Assembly: GCA_051362555.1 (NCBI GenBank)
Contig: CM120644.1
Location: 2,116,954 to 2,180,953 of the forward strand
Length of the DNA stretch: 64,000 bases
Source of the DNA: Lingula anatina
Taxonomy: Eukaryota; Animalia; Brachiopoda
Direction: 5' to 3'
Shown: in pieces, positions 13,686-25,220 of the stretch
How positions within the stretch are numbered: position 1 is the stretch's first letter
Layout: each line of letters opens with the position of its first letter
Translations under genes and position numbers: made by a program
The notes under the pieces: generated by a model
The model's database searches: none
Told to the model about the DNA's origin: nothing
Seen by the model: the letters and a program-made list of their open reading frames with translations, nothing else

Positions 13686-16439
13686 GAGTGCATGAATTGA
13701 GAGGAGTCGCCGCGGCTAGTTTGCTGTCAAATTTTGTTATCATACACAAAACAACAGAATCAAATAGATGTAGGTTGAAAATGTCATTTTATTGACATTT
13801 GCACTTTGATTAATGTTCAAAGTACGAATGAAAAATACTGAGAGTTAGATATAAATCTATGAATGGCAATCATGCATGTTATATAATTTTCAAGCTTAAA
13901 GATATAATTTACATTTCAGCAAAGATGGAGGGAAAAAGGGCCCACATATGGCAATATGTTTTAGATAAATTTTATGTCCAAAATTCGGCCGAGGCTGAGA
14001 GCGAGCTGCGCAACCCCTACCCTTCAGGAAGGGGACGTAGGTTTCCTCAATGCTCTGACAGCCCACTAATAGAGTTGTCTCTCTTGGCCTTATAACTGCC
14101 ATATGTGCCCTATGCTAAGGTTATGCCCAGTATGTTGACTTAAACAAAATGAGAACTGCTAATACATAGAGGCTTACCTATATGTCAAATGTTTCTAAAC
14201 ATAAATACCATACATATAATAATGATACATAGAATTAATAATTGTTTTGTAGTGTTAATTAATCGGAACATTAGGGAGGGACAGGGTTGGGTTTGAGAAA
14301 CTTTATGAAATTCACTAAAAACTTTTCTCTCCTGAGCATGTACTGCTAGGTTAAAATTTTCTAAGGAAGTGAGAGAGAGTGTTCTTTGTTCTTGGTGAAG
14401 CTGAACTCCTTATGATTCTGATTGGCTGATCATAATGAGACTAGGTTGTACTGTCCAATCAGGTTTTGCTATACTGGTATCTGACTAGTGTCACTTGGTA
14501 GTAATTAACTTAACAGCGTGAAATACAAAGCGAAGACATCCTGTCTGTAATTAGGGAAGAAACATCTGGAGCTTATCTTAGTCTCTGGGAGTTTCCCTGG
14601 GCATCTTACATCACATTAATACCCTCATCACACATAAATCCCTTTATTGTGACCAATAAATTATATTTATGAGTGCATGAATTGAGAGGAGTCGCCGCGG
14701 CTAGTTTGCTGTCAAATTTTGTTATCATACACAAAACAACAGAATCAAATAGATGTAGGTTGAAAATGTCATTTTATTGACATTTGCACTTTGATTAATG
14801 TTCAAAGTACGAATGAAAAATACTGAGAGTTAGATATAAATCTATGAATGGCAATCATGCATGTTATATAATTTTCAAGCTTAAAGATATAATTTACATT
14901 TCAGCAAAGATGGAGGGAAAAAGGGCCAAAGATACAGACTGTCCGCAGTCTGTATCCCCCCATCCCCCATATATATATATATATATATATTACCCATTCC
15001 CAATCATCTATTATCATGCTTGGCTTACCTGTATTCTTATTCAGATCGAAAAAACGGACAATTTTATAAAATGTGTGCTTTATGATTCAGCTACCATTTA
15101 CTCACTGGACTTACTGTACACACAAGTTTAAATTATTTCTACTTATGATGTACACTCTTTAGTTCTTTTTATTCTCTGTTGGTGCCACAGGGAAGGAAGT
15201 GTAATAGTGGATTTTGAATTGGTATACGCACTGAAGAATTTTCTGCAGTTCAATCAGAGTGCAAACCTTCCAAGGATTGTGGATGATTTGGAAGCGATTC
15301 TTAACTCTGAATTAAACATAACCGTGGGAGGAGTCAGTTACCTGGTAGATCGCAATAACAGTAGGAAACAAATTGAAGGACTAGGTGTGTTCTTACAAAT
15401 GCTACCTTCTTAAGTACTCTCATAATAATTATGATTCATTTCTTTGAACGTACACAAATAGGGTTTTGTTGACATATTGATTGATTTCTCTTGATATAAT
15501 TGAAAGAGAGTTGCGAGTTATCTTTTACAAGAAAGTTTCTATTTTTGAAACCATGCAACCAAAGCACGTGAAATACAGTCAAAAGGGCACTATGTGCCTT
15601 CATTTTCCTTCAGGAGAGCAGATAAATGGTGTGTGCAAGTTACCAGGTAGCAGTTTTGACATCTGTGAAGCAACATCAGAGTGGCAAAATGCATGTGTTT
15701 TTAACAGTTCCACTAAGGGTATTAGTTGTGTGAACAAATGCCAATCCGCTGGAATAGATTGCAGGGGCAAAGGAAAGTGCAGAGTAACACTCCCGAATTC
15801 GCGCCCTAAATGCCAGTAAGTCTTGATTATAAGTCATGTTAAAACAGAGCCGCTGTCGTATTCGTCGTTTATTCACATAAGTTAACTCATTATTCTTTTT
15901 CATTCTTAGAATGCTTTTCTTTTCGTTTTTTCTTCTTTTCTTTCTTTCTTTCTTCATTATTATATTTTTTTGGTTGTAATTACCATCTGAATATTAACGA
16001 ATTCATAACCCTTAGTGATATTGTTAATACATATATTTTGTTTTACCACAAAACGGCAGTTATAGCTATTATTCTGATATCCGAGCTTGTCTTCAGACCA
16101 CGTGACCTTCATTGATGGCTATACTCTGTTATAATCTGTTAAGAAATTTTAACAAAAAAAAAAAAAAAAAAACTTTTTAGAAAAAAAAAAAACCAAGGAC
16201 TAACATTGAATGTAAAAATTGATTCATTAACCATTGGTAAGTATGGGAAAATTGTTGTTTACTCAAGGAAAATTCATTTTTTGGCCAAAACGAAGAGTTA
16301 TTATCCCTTTAAATATTTATCCACAAAATTTTGCGATGAATTCACTTAAAATTTAACATTAAACTTTTGCGTCTTTCAGGTGCAAAGTATTTCCATCCAT
16401 TCAAAGGACGTGCGGTGATACTCTCAAAATGCTTGTTAA

Positions 16440-16485
<46 letters not shown>

Positions 16486-19400
16486 TCATAACTACCAAGA
16501 TGCTTTTCTGAGGAGGAATTCTTCACCGTGACAACCTATGTGGGAGAACACTGTTCAGAATCCAGCCAAACTCTAACTCAGGCTGGTATCATTATTATCA
16601 CGGCCGGAGTGGGCGGTTTCTTCCTGCTGGTAGTCATAGCCCTGACCGTGGGGGTGGTTATTCTTAAGCGAAAGAACAAAGTTGCGATTAGCAAGTAAGT
16701 CAGTTGGAACAGCATTTTAAAGTCTGGATGGGTATTTGACATTAGATTCATTAGATTCGTAGCCAGCAATGCCAAATGGTTGGTCTTTAACCATCAAACT
16801 TTCATGTATCTAGTAGATCACGTTTTACTCAGAAAGTACCCTCTCCCCCTCTGCTAACGGGTCTGTGACATTTTATGCGGATTAGTCCTAAAATATCAAC
16901 CAACAAGTAAATATGTTTCTTCCCCTTTACTCGAATTCTACTTAAATTGACTTCAGGGTAACAGGCTATTAATGTCTATAATCAAATGCTTAGTGTAAAC
17001 CATATTAATCATTCTGCCATAAAGAAAACGTTTGAGTAACACGATTGTCGTTTATAGATCACACATAAATCTGGTCATTTAACAAGATTACAATACCATT
17101 GTCAGGTACAAGTACCTAGAAGGGCAAGACAGAAAAATGGATATTGATGACCGATCAACGACATCGTCTGAGGACTTAGGCCAAGAGTCACGTGACGAGA
17201 AACGCTATGTACACCACCATAACAACGTACGTGTGTTTTATTGTTTTATTAAAACATTAAGGGCTCTATTGCAATAGATGAACTTATGTTCACCCTATTG
17301 TTTTATTTTAATAGATTGAATGCACTGTGCAGTAGACGGCCATTGGCTGTAGGAATGTGCGTCGCTTTTCACACGTTGCAGTCAAAGTGTTTTGCAACTT
17401 TCGAACAATATCCCAGTGCCACGTTTCTTAATTGGCATTTGCTTCATATGAGAAGAAAACTATATCGTTAATACGAATTTCAATATTACACATTATTTAC
17501 CTTGGGAAGACTACCTTGTTCAGCTAGGACATGGTGCAAACAACAACCATGGGAGGAAATACACCTTTAATATTAATTACCAAGCATCGACGTGAATTAC
17601 TTTAAAATTAACTGTTGCCAAGTATCTGCCTTATTTTACTTGGGGTTGAGTTGCTCCGTCACTTCTTTTTGGACTACTCACATTTGGGCATTTAATGATC
17701 TTGCTTTAACAACAGTAAAATTAATATTGCAGGGCTACGACCCTGACGATGAAGACTACTTCGACATGGACTCACATTACACAGGGTTCCAAGTGAAGCT
17801 TGATCATATCGACCCTACCATAGATGTAAGTTGACGAATATATATTTTCTTATCTTTTTACAAGAAAAACACTCGTTTGGCGTGATAATGTAGTGTATAA
17901 GCTGTATTTTATTATCAATACCGCCAGGCGCACAATTGGCATATTTTGATCCTTAATGTCACATCATGTCTATGGTATTCAAATCACCTTCCATAATGCT
18001 TCACCACATAGTACACACACTGGACAATAGAAGTTTCACCCCTACTGAACCAATACTATGGGGGAGATAAATGACTGTGGAATGATATGCTCCTGGTATC
18101 ATTTTATTAACATCAAATTTCACAAAAAATCACAGAATGAGAACAAAATATACATTCTACCAAAATATGCAGTTTCAAGTCCAAAATTAGTACTTAGTGG
18201 CATAGCCACGTGACCTAATAATACCCGGTATGTACCAGTCTACGAGGCAAGGATTCATATAATTGTGTGATGCGTTCAGGGCTTATGCTGGCCCAAGCAT
18301 GAATAACTGAATATAACAGAGTTTGTCGGCTGGTTGGACGGGCATTTGTCAAAAGTTTTGACATATCATTCCACACATTTTCTATTATGTTTGCATCCGG
18401 ACTCTGGGCAGGTCACATCACCCTGCGAATGTCCTATTGGTCAAACCAATCATCAACTGCCCTGGACCTGTGACAAGGAGCATTGTCATCCAGGTGAACA
18501 AATGGATAATTCCTGTCACCAAACATGTTAGCAATAGATGGTAGCAAGCCTGACTCCAAAACATCGATATATTTCTAGTGATTCATGTTTCCATCAACCA
18601 CTAACAATTCGCCATGGATGCTGATGCAGCCCCACACCATAATAAATATGCTGCTCCGGGTTCGAAAATTCAGTGCTTGTGGTTCAAATGCTTTACCAGC
18701 AGTTCGCCAGGATCGTAACCGTCTGTCATCAGAGGTCAGACCAAAGCGACACTCATCAGAAAAAAATATATAGGACCAATTGTCATGGACTGTCCAGTTC
18801 CAGATCCTGTTGACCCTAGTTCACTCTTCAATGCCTGTTTTGTAACGAAATAAGAGGTTTCAGTCTTGCTACCCTGCTGTACACTCTCTGTGCATGTAAC
18901 CGACACCTAGCAATTTTCACAGACACATTCTTATGTGTGAAATTGTTCCACATTGTTGTCAACTGACAAGCAGTGTCGAACTTTGACAACCTGGACGTCA
19001 AAATCAGTCGTCGGTCTTCACGGCCAGTAGTTTTTCTTGGACGACCCATCAGAGGCAATTTGTCTCTTGATCCTGTGTTTCTATACCGAGATCAGACCCT
19101 CTGCACGGTTCTGACTGAACAATTCAATTGTATCGATATTCTGACATTGCTTATATTCCTCCTCTTCAGGTTAATAACTTGACACCTATAACCGTTAGAT
19201 AATTGCCTGTATCTTTCCATATTGGAGGAAGACATGAACATTATTTGCTGTAAATGTACAAGACCAACAATACAATTCCATGGTATAGCGGTTTTATGTC
19301 ATTAGTCACATTATAAGTAGAACAGGCATTAAAACTACCCAAGATCTGCCTACTTTTATTACTCTGATTTAGGGGGTGACACTTCCATTGTCCAGTGTGT

Positions 19401-19513
19401 GTATCTAAGTATAGATGAAGATATTTGGGATACTTATTGTGTTGTTTTGTTTTCAGTATTCAATTAGGAGACCGACGGTGTACACCCGTCCTTACGGTCC
19501 TCACCATAACTAA
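6536..19513 (+). CDS. Mucin gene 1: membrane-tethered mucin, SP-PTS-(SEA-EGF)x2-TM-cytoplasmic tail, MUC3/12/17-like, about 1167 aa, 14 coding exons
   Basis: Exons 6536-8288, 8559-8677, 9613-9677, 10483-10685, 11562-11751, 11980-12119, 13088-13200, 13514-13572, 15191-15384, 15614-15815, 16500-16694, 17106-17226, 17733-17825, 19457-19513. All introns are GT-AG with consistent phases; total 3504 nt. SEA motifs FRNGSIIIDY and FREGSVIVDF, Cys-rich EGF-like exons, TM GIIIITAGVGGFFLLVVIALTVGVVIL followed by KRKNK. Confidence 0.85.
6598..8160 (+). repeat. Coding 57-bp tandem repeat, about 27 copies of TTTVPPSTTNNETDESATS
   Basis: Period of 57 is visible directly (cactgtacca at 6601 and 6658). Confidence 0.95.
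8559..8677 (+). CDS. Mucin 1 exon, SEA1 N-terminal part
   Basis: tttcAG|CT ATA AAG...ACG CAG|GTATCG; AIKDIEELDKKVQLVYRLPGLDF... Confidence 0.8.
8890..9345. mobile_element. Degenerate palindromic MITE in an intron
   Basis: 8890-9031 is an imperfect reverse complement of 9187-9345, for example gtcacactttctgttgatcag versus ctgatcaacaggaagtgtgac. Confidence 0.65.
9613..9677 (+). CDS. Mucin 1 exon, SEA1 middle part
   Basis: tttcAG|LLNQFNSAGVEGLKKVEILRF-AG|GTAAGG, phase 0 to 2. Confidence 0.8.
10483..10685 (+). CDS. Mucin 1 exon, SEA1 C-terminal part with GSIII cleavage motif
   Basis: ttttcAG|A NGSIIIDYNLIF...EKI G|GTAAAA. Confidence 0.85.
11562..11751 (+). CDS. Mucin 1 exon, Cys-rich/EGF-like 1
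   Basis: aacAG|AG...DPCILYDDVDIC...CGGHGSCIVGYPDYKPRC CA|GTAAGA. Confidence 0.85.
11980..12119 (+). CDS. Mucin 1 exon, end of EGF1 plus T/P linker
   Basis: cttcAG|G CYTDFPSFPWTYYAGVNC...TL C|GTAAGT. Confidence 0.85.
13088..13200 (+). CDS. Mucin 1 exon, SEA2 N-terminal part
   Basis: ttttcAG|AG VNSTYIENIPKAIALELRIETG...KEK|GTATAG; counterpart of exon 8559-8677. Confidence 0.75.
13514..13572 (+). CDS. Mucin 1 exon, SEA2 middle part
   Basis: ttttAG|LSVKFNGTGRLKEVVIKGF AG|GTATAT; counterpart of exon 9613-9677. Confidence 0.8.
13681..14968. mobile_element. Unclassified insertion in a (TA)n tract with 262-bp direct repeats and a terminal hairpin
   Basis: 13681-13942 is repeated at 14666-14927 (offset 985). 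Perfect 11-bp hairpin at 14931-14956. (TA)n lies on both sides. Confidence 0.6.
15191..15384 (+). CDS. Mucin 1 exon, SEA2 C-terminal part with GSVIV motif
   Basis: cacAG|G EGSVIVDFELVYALKNF...EGL G|GTGTGT. Confidence 0.85.
15614..15815 (+). CDS. Mucin 1 exon, Cys-rich/EGF-like 2
   Basis: ccttcAG|GA EQINGVC...CRGKGKCRVTLPNSRPKC CA|GTAAGT. Confidence 0.85.
16500..16694 (+). CDS. Mucin 1 exon, end of EGF2 plus transmembrane helix
   Basis: ccaAG|A CFSEEEFFTVTTYVGEHC...GIIIITAGVGGFFLLVVIALTVGVVILKRKNK...AA|GTAAGT. Confidence 0.85.
17106..17226 (+). CDS. Mucin 1 cytoplasmic exon
   Basis: gtcAG|G YKYLEGQDRKMDIDDRSTTSSED...HHHNN|GTACGT. Confidence 0.75.
17733..17825 (+). CDS. Mucin 1 cytoplasmic exon
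   Basis: ttgcAG|GYDPDDEDYFDMDSHYTGFQVKLDHIDPTID|GTAAGT. Confidence 0.8.
18014..19401 (-). mobile_element. Tc1/mariner DNA transposon, decayed, 1388 bp, in the last intron of mucin 1
   Basis: TA flanks at 18012-13 and 19402-03. About 30-bp TIRs: CACACACTGGACAATAGAAGTTTCACCCCT and AGGGGGTGACACTTCCATTGTCCAGTGTGTG. Confidence 0.9.
18187..19220 (-). pseudogene. Tc1-type DDE transposase pseudogene
   Basis: GRPRKTTGREDRRL, RVARLKPLIS, FSDECRFGL and C-terminal GYATKY*. Interrupted by stops and frameshifts. Confidence 0.85.
19457..19513 (+). CDS. Mucin 1 terminal exon
   Basis: tttcAG|YSIRRPTVYTRPYGPHHN-TAA. Confidence 0.8.
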   Translation, partial: YSIRRPTVYTRPYGPHHN

Positions 19514-20962
19514 AGCAACCCAAGATAAACGTGAATGTAATGTGCGCCCTACTGCCACCTAACGAACATTTCACGCCACCTATCGAGCACTTCACTTAAT
19601 GCTATTGGCACTACGGATTACGGATTATGTGGCAGTACACAAACTCAAATCAGCGATTGATCAATGATATAGATTGTGTTTTATAAAACAGAAACTCGTG
19701 AATACAATATTCAATATCATGATGAGAATAGGATATAGATCTGAAATTGAAGAAATCACTGTAGATACAAATGTAAAAAAATGTCGAACAAATATTGTTT
19801 ACTGTAGAAAAAAAAAACATTTTATAGCACTTTTCGCGCCGGAATGATTTTTTTCCCTTTTATATACCAGTATCTGTATCTGTGTCGTATATTTAATCTT
19901 TCTTTGTACCCTTGTTTGTATATTTTGATTAGCTACCTTTGAACAAGATTATATGCACAAGTATCCAAAACTGAACTGATGCATGATTAATAGCATTGTA
20001 GATGGTTATAAGAAATTAACCACACGGTGCATGTGGTAGGCGAGCTGGCAGTGGTCAACTGGAACTTTAACACAAACCCTTGAATCCAAGTTATCCAAGT
20101 AAAGGAAAGGAAACTTAAGAAATTCTTTCGAAAATATCCTTGGGGGCCATAATCACATATTTATATTACAGAATGGTAATGTTACCCCACGTACAGCCAA
20201 TGTAACAGTAACCTGACCCCCCCCCCCCATGGCCAGCTAAATATTCCCTAGGTCCAAAGGATGTGTAAGATATCCTCAGAAATGGATAACTGAGGGATAA
20301 TTCTCCAAACAATTATGACCTCAAATTATATTTCTACTGTGTGTGGAACACCATCACTGTGCCAACGTTACGGAACTTTTTGACCCCACACACAGGCATG
20401 ACAGTTGCGTCCTCCTATCCAGACGATACTGTACAAAACATTAAAGTATGTTTTAATTTTTTTTTAATATGATTTTTAATATGATGGTAGAGGAGTATAT
20501 AAAACGTACAACAGAGATACCAGAGCATTGTGAAGTTATGACTGATACTTATATAACCACGTATATAGTTGATCTATATTGATGATAATTAGGCTCAGTA
20601 TATTGAATGTAACAACAAAGGTTGCATGCAGCTACTGCACAAGTTTGACTGCAGTCAAATCATCAGTATTTTAGAAAATGGGAAAAGGGTAAACAGTAAA
20701 GCGTTGCTCAACTTCAGCATCATTATATTTTCTGATCTAGAATCGTTTTTGCCACAGATAGCTGATATCATTGGCCGTTTGATTAAAATGTTGATCATTA
20801 ATCTGCTTCATTTCTTTTTATTAATAGTACCTACAATAAATGCGGCCGTCATCGGTCAAACTTCGAACTTGAGTTTGTTTTATTCTTTTAACTAGCATGT
20901 CCCATTACTTACATCAGCTTAGATTAAGGAGACATAAATCTTTTTTTTTCTTGTTCCACGTA

Positions 20963-20997
<35 letters not shown>

Positions 20998-21114
20998 TTG
21001 TAATATGTAATCCGCGTACATTGTGTCTTAATTCTTTTTGGCCTGAAACTATTTCAATATTTTAAACTGCCATGTTTGTGCGTGTATTCATTGAAAGTTT
21101 ACACATCGTTATTT

Positions 21115-21262
21115 GCTAGTTTATATCATTTAAGCACTAAGGCGTGTTTGCTTGATAAGGCATCAACGTCACCTTAAACAACGATATAAGAAGTCAACGT
21201 GTGATTGATACCAATAAGTCAAAGTCCACTAAACAGATTTTCAAGTCCAGCAAAAAGTAAGT
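21115..21262 (+). promoter_or_regulatory. Putative promoter and non-coding first exon A of mucin 2
   Basis: TGTTTGCTTGATAAG, GATATAA 21183-89, CAAAGTCCA 21220-28 and donor GTAAGT 21257-62. Confidence 0.55.
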
Positions 21263-21812
21263 GCATCTCTTCTTTTTAATGATTTTGATTGTAAAAAGTG
21301 TGTATTGTTAAATACTGCCAACAGAATACGATCAATTAGCTACAAAAAATCATTTTACTGTTTTGAAAGAGCACACGTAACACCCTCTCTGCATTCGTCG
21401 CGTTGTGGCTTTGTTGCTTATTTAAGGTTGAACATGACAATGTAGTGATGTGTATATGTGTTGAATGCTTTGGTGTGTTTTTCGTTGTATGTATATATAT
21501 GTGTGTATTGTGTTTGGATGTATTTGAACTTGATAAAGCAGTATATAACTGCAAGAAAAAAAATAAAAAATGTGCTTTGTGATAAGATTCAAAATATGCA
21601 TTTAAACAAAATGAAACGACTACGTTAATTTATCTGGCCGCAATAATTGTTATCCGTGAAATAATCCGCAAACTTAAAAAAATGTATGTTCAGAATGTGT
21701 ACAAAAAAAAAATAATAATAATAATAAAAATAAATAAATAAATAAATAAAATAAAATAAAATGATTCAGATCTTGTTCTGAAAAAAAAAGTTTTTTTAAT
21801 ACACCACTGTAT

Positions 21813-21967
21813 GCTAGTTTATCTCATTTAATCACAAGGGCGTGCTTGCTTGATAAGACAGCAATGTAACCCCACACAACAATATAAAAAGAAGTCACCA
21901 TTTAATTGATACCAATAAGGTAAAGTCCATTCACTAAACAGGCATTACAGCACAGCAAAACGTAAGT
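21813..21967 (+). promoter_or_regulatory. Putative promoter and non-coding first exon B of mucin 2 (duplicate of A)
   Basis: TGATAAG 21851-57, TATAAAA 21883-89, TAAAGTCCA 21921-29 and donor GTAAGT 21962-67. Confidence 0.55.
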
Positions 21968-23161
21968 GTGGATATCCACTTTATGATCTCGTAGCTCAAG
22001 ACACATGTATGGACTCCGTTGATGTTAATTTTTCAACCATAAAGATAGGGTATATATATTATTGTCTAACTAAAACTATAGATGGGCTTCTTTATCAACA
22101 TTGCTCCTTGTAATTAAGCGCAAAGTAACAATTTTTCATCTTTATGATTCGAAAATACAAATGTTTTTTTTTTACAAACACTGGGATTTTTGGCGTACAC
22201 CGTCGTTCTAGGGAAATTCAAAGGCTACTTATTTGAAATTACCCGGCATGATTGAGATATCAAACGTTGCTCGAAACTTCCTTCCACTTACCATTCGATG
22301 CTTTATGTCGTTCCCAATTCAGTGAAATTTTAATAACAAGACAATCTCTTACACAACGACAAGTTCATGTGCATTTCAGAAAGAAATACTAACACCCGTT
22401 ACCTTTATTTGAGTTTTAGCATTTTTAAAATATGAATTTGGGAAGATAAGTTTGCAGGACATATAGACACAAAAAATGTGTCTTTGGGACATTTTCAAAG
22501 GCGGGAAGTACGTATTATTTCTTGTTTTGTGGAATATTGTCTTATTTTCATGAAGAACTTGGTGAAGTTGGTCCATATTATTATTTTGTTTATTTTCCTT
22601 TGCACTGCATGCTCCAAATCATCTCACATGTGGTCAATAGGTATCATGGCTCAAAGGTGTCCACTGACCGTGATATTTTCAACAGATAGTTTGCAAGAGA
22701 TTTGCAGGAGATGACTTAAAAACTGGATATCTTTGCTGGAATGTTGCAAGGATAGCATTCGTGACAAAGAGAACATATTGATAACGGTGCATGGCTGATC
22801 CAAGTGCAAACAGAAATTCTGTGTAACTTGAAATAACATGTTGTAATTAATAACCCAAGCAAAGACGTTACAAAGATAGGTTGACATTCTTTAGAAAAAC
22901 TAATGATCTCATTTTGAAGCATTTTATCTTTACAGATAAAATAGGGACAGCTGCGTGTTAGTGCGGAAATAGTATCCTGCACGGTGTGGTTTTGACCAGT
23001 CTTCTATATTTGTGGCAAATTTCAATGAAGCAAAGATAATAACCGGATAACAAGAGACGCAATCGGCTATCAACCAACCTACATGTACATACAGTATATT
23101 GTTGGACATTTCAGGGAAAGACATTTATTTTTCATTATGCCCTTTCCATGTACGTGACATG

Positions 23162-23503
23162 CACTAGTGGGCTAGATTTGGTCTTAAAGTGCAATTTAAG
23201 TTCACACGTGATCTTCTACGGTCTTAATCATTACAGCAGTAGTCTTAAAATGGTGTGAATCTACGTTTAAGATAAAAAAAATGATCTTACATCTACTTCA
23301 GTGGTCAAGCAATTTCCTTCCCTCACAATGGCGGATACCTCCCCTCACAATAGAGGACACCTCTGCTCACAATAGGAGAATGTGTAAGGGGAGACAACTT
23401 AATTGGCTATGAGACTAGAAATGGTCTTACTCATGTTTTAAGATCATGTAAGACTATCTGTGCTCTTAAATTGCACTCTAAGACCAAATCAAGCCCACTA
23501 GTG
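23162..23503. mobile_element. Non-autonomous CACTA/EnSpm MITE, 342 bp
   Basis: Termini CACTAGTGGGC...GCCCACTAGTG, about 39-bp TIR with 2 mismatches, 3-bp TSD ATG at 23159-61 and 23504-06. Confidence 0.85.
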
Positions 23504-24149
23504 ATGGGAGCTTAAGCTTATCAAACCTCGTGTTTGCAGGATATAACATCAAGGTACAAGTAAACAGTGAACTTAAAGCTTTATTAGGAACACCGCAAAC
23601 GTAATGTGGACACAGTGATATGAAATGCACGTACACCCCTCCCCCCCCAAAAAAAAAAAAAAAAAAAAGTACGCCCTTTGTTAAACATAAAAGCATAGAC
23701 AGCTTATTTTATTTTTGGAGGTATTTGTTGTGACACCAGGAAACCTGAAGTGTTTTATGATACACAGGACGCTAGTTGCTTTTACCCTAGAATCGAATCC
23801 AAAAAAAGCATTCAGACACTTTATACAATAGCAGCATATTCCTGTGTACATTTCTCAGCACCGATAACCCAATACCTGTGCATACATTGTCCAATAATGT
23901 GACTCTTTCCACAACACATAAACCAATATGTATGCTAACATGTCGGAACCTATGCAATAAAATTTCAGATATTTTATTAAACTTACCCTTATGTCATTTA
24001 GCCCGAATTCTCTTCATGGGGGTCAATTAAAAATATTCTTCTAATATATTTTTCACAAATAAAATCAGAAGTGTTTTATAAAAGATGACATCTCTACTTA
24101 ACTGGTTAACATACAAAGTAAACAGAAGACAGCTTGTAGGAGAATCCTG

Positions 24150-25130
24150 GGCTCGGAATCTCGAAAGGTTCGCTATGTTGCGCACACGCTCTAGCATGGC
24201 TAGCGTGCGCTATCCCGTATCTCGAAAGAATCGCTATTTTGAGCGCCTGCGCTAGCATGGCTAGCGTGCGCTATCCCATATCTCGAAAGCTTCGCAAATC
24301 CCGGCCGTGCGCTAATGTCCAAATCGCCATTAGTTTCGAGGCTATTATTTGCGGCAATACAAACTAGTCGCAAAGGCCTCTGCGTATGCAAAATTCGTCA
24401 TTTTAATGTGTCTTTCATGTAATTAAACATGGTGGCAAGTTTGGGTTGCTAGTCATAATAGCATATAATAAAACATATAACAAAAACATGGAAGCTTTTA
24501 ATTGATTGAATCACTGGTACCTCTGATAGAAAAACTTGCGGTAAATATCCACGTGAAGAATGCCAAAGTCATATTTTATTATGCAGAAAAATTTCAAAAT
24601 TAAACATTTCATACATCATTTTATATTTTCTGGTGAATTTCATTCATCTGTGTAGTCTATTGATAATAATAATAAATTTAAAAGTGTCATTTTCCACACA
24701 AAATGAAAAAGCAGAAACAAAGCATTCGGCCGCACCGTGACCTTCCTCAATGTCTATTATTGTGAGACTGAACACTACTCACCATTGTGTCAGTAATTGT
24801 GTCAGTCCAAGCTTCGCTTATTGAATTGTTTTTTGACATTTTATTGGTGTCAAATACTTCAAATATCAGTATTTGTAATTATGATATTCCTATAAATAAA
24901 AACAACCTCTTGATTTGCGTCATGGTGAAAAAAATTGCATTTTGTGTAATTGTGTTATGACGTCTTCACTTTATGCGGCAATCGAATATTAGTAGAGTTT
25001 GAGGTTATAATTGCGTTGCGTCTGCTAAGGCTTCGAGATAGCAGGTGGGTGCAATCGCACTAGCAAATAGCGCACGCTAGCTATGCTATAGCGCGTGCGC
25101 AACATAGCGAACCTTTCGAGATTCCGAGCC
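24150..25130. mobile_element. Non-autonomous PIF/Harbinger-like element
   Basis: TIR GGCTCGGAATCTCGAAAGGTTCGCTATGTTGCGCAC and its reverse complement ending at 25130. CTG (CWG) TSD at 24147-49 and 25131-33. Subterminal tandem repeats. Confidence 0.8.
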
Positions 25131-25133
25131 CTG

Positions 25134-25220
25134 GGCTCCGTATCTCGAAAGGTTCGCTATGTTGCGCACGTGCGCAAGTGTCTCGATTCCATAAACGATT
25201 CTATTTCGAGACACGGAGCC
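25134..25220. mobile_element. Adjacent mini-element of the same Harbinger-like family
   Basis: GGCTCCGTATCTCGAAA...TTTCGAGACACGGAGCC inverted ends directly after the CTG TSD. Confidence 0.55.

Noticed and set aside
14560-14632. Hammerhead-like motif on the minus strand (TGATGA-stem-aggGAAAC)
   Set aside because: It lacks the conserved C of CUGAUGA, has 3 extra nt before GAAA, and I found no convincing stems I and III.
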